From NCBI RefSeq assembly GCF_009914755.1, contig NC_060928.1: a DNA stretch of 64,000 nucleotides. One strand, 5' to 3'. Origin of the DNA: the human T2T-CHM13v2.0 reference genome, Homo sapiens. Made by a program: the position numbers and the translations under genes. Under the pieces are notes generated by a model, which was not told the origin of the DNA, ran no database searches, and worked only from the letters and a program-made list of their open reading frames with translations. This document shows positions 55,246-64,000 of this stretch, one piece after another; the stretch's first letter is position 1; the number at the start of each line of letters is the position of its first letter.

Positions 55246-56220
55246 TAGGGTTCTCTAGAGGAACAGAATTAATGGAATAGATATATAGATATATATAAAG
55301 GAGAGTTTATTAAATAATAACTCACACGATCACAAGGTCCCACAAATACACCATCTGTAGTCTGAGGAACAAGAAGAGTCAGAGAGAGTTCCAAAACTGA
55401 AGAACCTGGAGTCTGATGTTCAAGGGCAGGAAGCATCCAGCACAGGAGAAAGATGTAGTCTGGGAGGCTAGGTCAGTCTAACTTTTTCATGCTTTTCTGG
55501 CTGCTTTATTATTTGCTGGCAGCTGATTAGGTGGTGCCCATCCAGATTAAGGGTGGGTCTGCCTTTCCCAGCCCACTGACTCAAATGTTAATCTCCTTTG
55601 GCAACACCCTCATGGACACACTGAGGATTAATACTCTGCATCTTTCAATCCAATCAAGTTCACATTCAGTATTAACCATCACTCTGTGTGTGTGTGTGTG
55701 TCTGTGTGTGGAGAGAGAGAGAGAGAGAGAGAGAGCCAGAGAGAAAGTTATCATAAGGAATTGGCTCATGCTATTATGTATTAAGCAGGCTGGCAAGTCG
55801 AAAGATCTACAAGCTGGAGACCCAGGAGAGCCAATGATTTAATTCCTGCCCAAACACAAAGATCTGAGAGTGAGGAAAACTGACAGTGTAAATTCCAGTT
55901 GAAAGGTTGATAGGCTGTAGACCCAGGAAGAACTCGTGTTTCCTGAAGGCAGGACAAAAGCCAATGTCCCAGTTGGAAGGCAGTCAGGCAGGAAGAATGC
56001 TCTCTTACTCGATGGGAAGGGCAGCCTTTTTGCTCTATTCTGGCCTTCAACTGATTGGCCGAGGCCCACCCACATTAAGAAGGGCAATATGCTTTACTCA
56101 GTCTACTGAATCACATGTTAATCTCATCCAAAAATACCCACACAGAAACACCCAGAATAACCTTTGACCAAATATCACCCTGTGGCCCAGTCAAGTTGAC
56201 ACAGAAAATGAACCATCATA
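55154..56220 (-). mobile_element. MLT2B-like LTR containing (TG)n/(GA)n and a nested MLT2A
   Basis: TGTATCAGTCAGGGTTCTCCAGAGAAA...CAAGTTGACACAGAAAATGAACCATCATA; TSD ACCCC/TCCCC. Confidence 0.88.
55241..55682 (-). mobile_element. MLT2A (A1/A2-like) HERV-L solo LTR
   Basis: TGTATTAGGGTTCTCTAGAGGAACAGAA...CAATCAAGTTCACATTCAGTATTAACCATCAC, flanked by TG repeats. Confidence 0.88.
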
Positions 56221-56237
56221 TCCCCATTCTAACTTGG

Positions 56238-56688
56238 TGTGGCTTGTGGATTGAATCATGTCCCCCCAAAAAGATATACTGTGATTCTAACCCTGGTGCC
56301 TCAGAATGTGCCCTTGTTTGGGAATGACTTCATTGTAGATGTAATTAGTTAAGATGAGGTCGTACTGGCGTAGAGTGGGCCCTTAATCGAATATGACTGG
56401 TGCCCTTATAAGATACGGACATGGAGAGAGTGTCATTTGATGATGGAAGAAGAGATTGGAATTCTGCAGCTGTAAGACAAGGAACGAACACCAAGTGTTA
56501 CACTACACTGGACGCTAAGGGAAAGGCATGGAACAGATCCTCCCTCAGAACCTTTAGAAGAAACCAACCCTGCCAACACCTTGATTTTGGATTTCTGGCT
56601 TCCAGAACTGTGAGACTATGCATTTCTATTGTCTTAAGCTCCCAGTTTGTGGCACTTTGTTAGGGCAGCCCTAGGAAATTGATTCAAT
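56238..56688 (+). mobile_element. MLT1B/C-like solo LTR
   Basis: GGATTGAATCATGTCCCCCAAAAAGATA...GCAGCCCTAGGAAA. Confidence 0.8.
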
Positions 56689-57019
56689 GTGTGACAGTGT
56701 CACTCCTTGGGCTGCTGTGCCATCCTGCTACCATGAGGTGTGCCCACAGATACACTGAGGGTGACAGCACAGAGTCAGGAGAACCTGGGTGTTTGATACA
56801 TTTGTTGAGCTCCTGAATTAACCAGCTTGGAAACTCCCCTTCCTCTAAACTTCTTGTAATATGAGATAGTGCAAACCCTTATCGTCTCAGCCATTTGGGA
56901 TTGAGTTTCCTGATTTTTAGAGACAAGTGCGTCTGATTGATGGATGGCTCTCATACCTTCTTCACTCCAGGCTCCTGCTCCTCTGTTCCTTGTCACAGTG
57001 AAAGGCATCATGATCAACC

Positions 57020-57550
57020 CAAATGCCCACGAGATAAACCCAGCCTCCATCCTTGGTGTTTTCCTTTCTGTCATCCTCCCGACTTGATCATTCATCAGGC
57101 CCCGCCAATATTGCCTCCCTATTCAGTCTGCCCATGCCTTCACTGCCCTGGTACTAAGCTTCCCCTTATGTGTTATCACAGCAGCTGAACTGTGCTGTCT
57201 GTGTCAACTCTTTGTTAACTTAAACTACCCTCCTCACCAGACCCAGAGTGAGACTCTGTAATATATAATTTCTCCAGGTTATTCTCATTGCTTTTAGGAC
57301 AAAGGCCAAGTTCAAACTCCGTAGCATGTCATTCATGATCTGGCCCCTGGTAGTAATTTCAGCTTCATCTCTTAAGACTTGGTTAGACTTGTCAGCTGCT
57401 AAAGTTACCACTGTCTGTCTCACCTCAGGGCCTTTGCACAGACAGCTTCCTTGAGCTAGAATACAAGCTGCCTCCCTTGGCCTGCCTAACACCAACTCAT
57501 TCTCCAGGCCTCAGCTCAGCCACTCCTTCCTCCAAAGGGCCTTTTCTGAT
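57020..57550 (+). mobile_element. L2 relic
   Basis: CATGATCTGGCCCCTG...CACCTCAGGGCCTTTGCACA...AGGCCTCAGCTCA. Confidence 0.65.
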
Positions 57551-57754
57551 TGGTCCTGCTATTGCTTGGTTGGATATTTTCAGATTCTAGAAGAACATTG
57601 GTGCTACGAGGAACATGGTGTGGGAGGCTCTGTGTTGTAGTGGCATAAGCACTAGATAGGGAGTGAGAAGATGCCCCAGTGTCTGACACTGATGAAGTAG
57701 TGGAGTCCTGGGGAAGTCCTTCTTTCTCTTGGGCTCAGTTGCTCTGCCCACAGG

Positions 57755-58269
57755 ATGAGGGAGTAGGGCTATGCCAGTCATTCTCATGAGGGAGTAGGGC
57801 TATGCTAGTCATTCTCATGAGACAGTAGGGCTACACCAGTGATTTTCATGGGGTAGTAGGGCTATGCCAATGGTGTCCATGGGGGAGTAGGGCTATGCCA
57901 GTCATTCTCATGAGGGAGTAGAGCTATGCCAGTCATTCTCACGGGGGAGTAGGGCTACACCAGTGATTTTCATGGGGGAGTAGGGCTATGTCAGTGGTTT
58001 TCATGAGGGAGTAGGGCTATGCCAGTGGTTCTCATGGGGAAGTAGGGCTATGTCAGTGGTTTTCATGAGGGAGTAGGGCTACGCCAGTGGTTCTCATGGG
58101 GGAGTAGGGCTATGTCAGTGGTTTTCATGGGGGAGTAGGGCTACACCAGTGGTTTTCATGGGGGAGTAGGGCTACGCCAGTGGTTCTCATGGGATAGCAG
58201 GGCTACACTAGCGGTTTTCATGGGGGAGTAGGGCTATGCCAGTGGCTTCCATGGGATCATAGGGCTATG
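57755..58269. repeat. 31-bp minisatellite (VNTR), about 17 copies
   Basis: Unit about GGGAGTAGGGCTAYGCCAGTGGTTYTCATG(G/A); the GTAGGGCT-like core recurs every 31 nt from 57763 to 58259. Confidence 0.96.
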
Positions 58270-58480
58270 TTGGTAGTTTTCAAACTATGTCCTTCAGAGC
58301 TCTAGGAATTCTGGAGAAAGCTGCACAGGTGAGAAGGAAAAAGAGCAAAAACAACCTTTGGATCCCACTCCTAATTCTATTCAGGTCTTTTTCAATATCT
58401 GCATCATATATTGTGCTTTTATAAGAATTTGTTTTGGAAAAAAGAGGCATTAATAGCTTGAAAACATTAGAAAACCACTG
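58270..58480. mobile_element. hAT-Charlie MITE (MER103-like)
   Basis: GTAGTTTTCAAACTATGTCCTTCAGAGCTCTAGG ... right TIR GAAAACCACTG. Confidence 0.6.
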
Positions 58481-59227
58481 ATCTTTATAACTAGGATCTT
58501 GCCCAGCTCAAACATTCTGTTGTAACACAGACACCTCCAGCAGAGAAAGAGAGGGAGACAGCTGAGGGTACAAAGATGATTATGACGAAGTCTATGAGAG
58601 GACATGAGGAGAGGACATGAGCTGATGGCTTCGGCCCAGTCAAACCTGGCACAGGATCTATAAAAGTGAGAGGTTTTGCGATGAGACTGGACATTTTGGG
58701 TTTGGAGTCAAAAGAACTGGGCCTGCTGGACTCCAAACCAGTGACTTATACCCTTGATGCTCAGTGTAATTACCCGGGAGCTTTTGGAAAGCATTGATTC
58801 CAGAGTCCACTCCTCAAATAACTGAATGAATCTCTAGGGGAGGGCTGTGGCATCTGAACCCTGCAAAGGAGGAACTGTGATTGTCTTGCTCACCATCATA
58901 GTCCTGGTGCCCAGCATATACGATCAGTAGGTAATAAGTAACAGCAAATATTTGTTGAATAAATAAGCGCATTTCATATTAGCAACTGACAGGCTTATAT
59001 CTTCTTACTCAGATTACTGAGACTTCCTGAGGCTCAGTTTTTTCATCTGTAAAATGAAAAAGTAATTTCTACTCAGAAGTGGTGCTATGAGAATTAGGGA
59101 TAAGTCAGGTACCTTGCAGAGCATATGAGACATAGCAGTTGCTCTGTAAATGGTGCTACAACCATTAGTGACAATTGATATGACTAAGATTCAGACCAAA
59201 AAATACTGGGTTCCAATAAGGCTGCCT

Positions 59228-59560
59228 TGTATCAGTCAGGAGACTAAATTATTCTCTGATGACAAATATCCTCCAAGTCTCAGGGGCATAACACAGCAAA
59301 TATTTATTTTACCTGCATTACTTGTCCATCAAGGTTGACTAGGGGTTGTCAGAGTCTCAGTCATATGGAACATTGCCAGTCACCATGACAGTCAAAAGGA
59401 ATACCCTGGAGCTCCTTCCACTGGCAAGTCTGATCCCAGAAGTGACCCACAACTGATTAGTCAGAAGCAGTCACATGGTTGCATCAACCACTGGGACCCA
59501 GCAAGTACAATCACACTATGCCCAGAAGGCAGAGAACTGAAACTTACATTGATGAGCAAT
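59228..59560 (-). mobile_element. Old MLT1-type LTR
   Basis: TGTATCAGTCAGG...ATGGAACATTGCCAGTCACCATG...CCAGAAGTGAC. Confidence 0.55.
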
Positions 59561-59688
59561 GAGAAAGATAGCACCGTAGCTCTATAGAAGTCATGCATGA
59601 CTCTATATACACTTAACTTCCAACAATGACAGCAGGAATCAACAACAGCTTGAGGCACAAAGTGCTTTGGGCATTTACTGTGTTTTGA

Positions 59689-64000
<4,312 letters not shown>

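Noticed and set aside
57755-58269. Possible CRISPR-like array
   Set aside because: Units are contiguous with no unique spacers, there are no cas genes, and the DNA is primate; it is a minisatellite.

Overview
Primate (human-like) non-coding genomic DNA, intergenic or deep intronic. It is dominated by interspersed repeats: about 25 Alu copies or fragments (J and S subfamilies, one FLAM, one Alu/snaR-related monomer), three large old L1M blocks, many L2 and MIR relics, MaLR/ERVL LTRs (MST, THE1, MLT1, MLT2, including a two-LTR MST provirus), hAT-Charlie MITEs, microsatellites and a 31-bp minisatellite. I can support no protein-coding gene, tRNA, rRNA or CRISPR array. The listed ORFs are Alu/L1/LTR read-throughs, low-complexity runs or chance ORFs. 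I found no new multi-gene system. The best second-look items are a 64-nt near-perfect hairpin (33861-33924), a TSD-flanked ASR-like retrocopy (12494-12607), an Alu with a 5' inversion (15116-15389), a VNTR whose unit contains a DNA-transposon terminal repeat (57755-58269), and a CpG- and motif-rich unique segment next to a candidate non-coding exon (36100-36700). Repeat subfamilies were called by eye from remembered consensus sequences, and boundaries are approximate unless a TSD is quoted.
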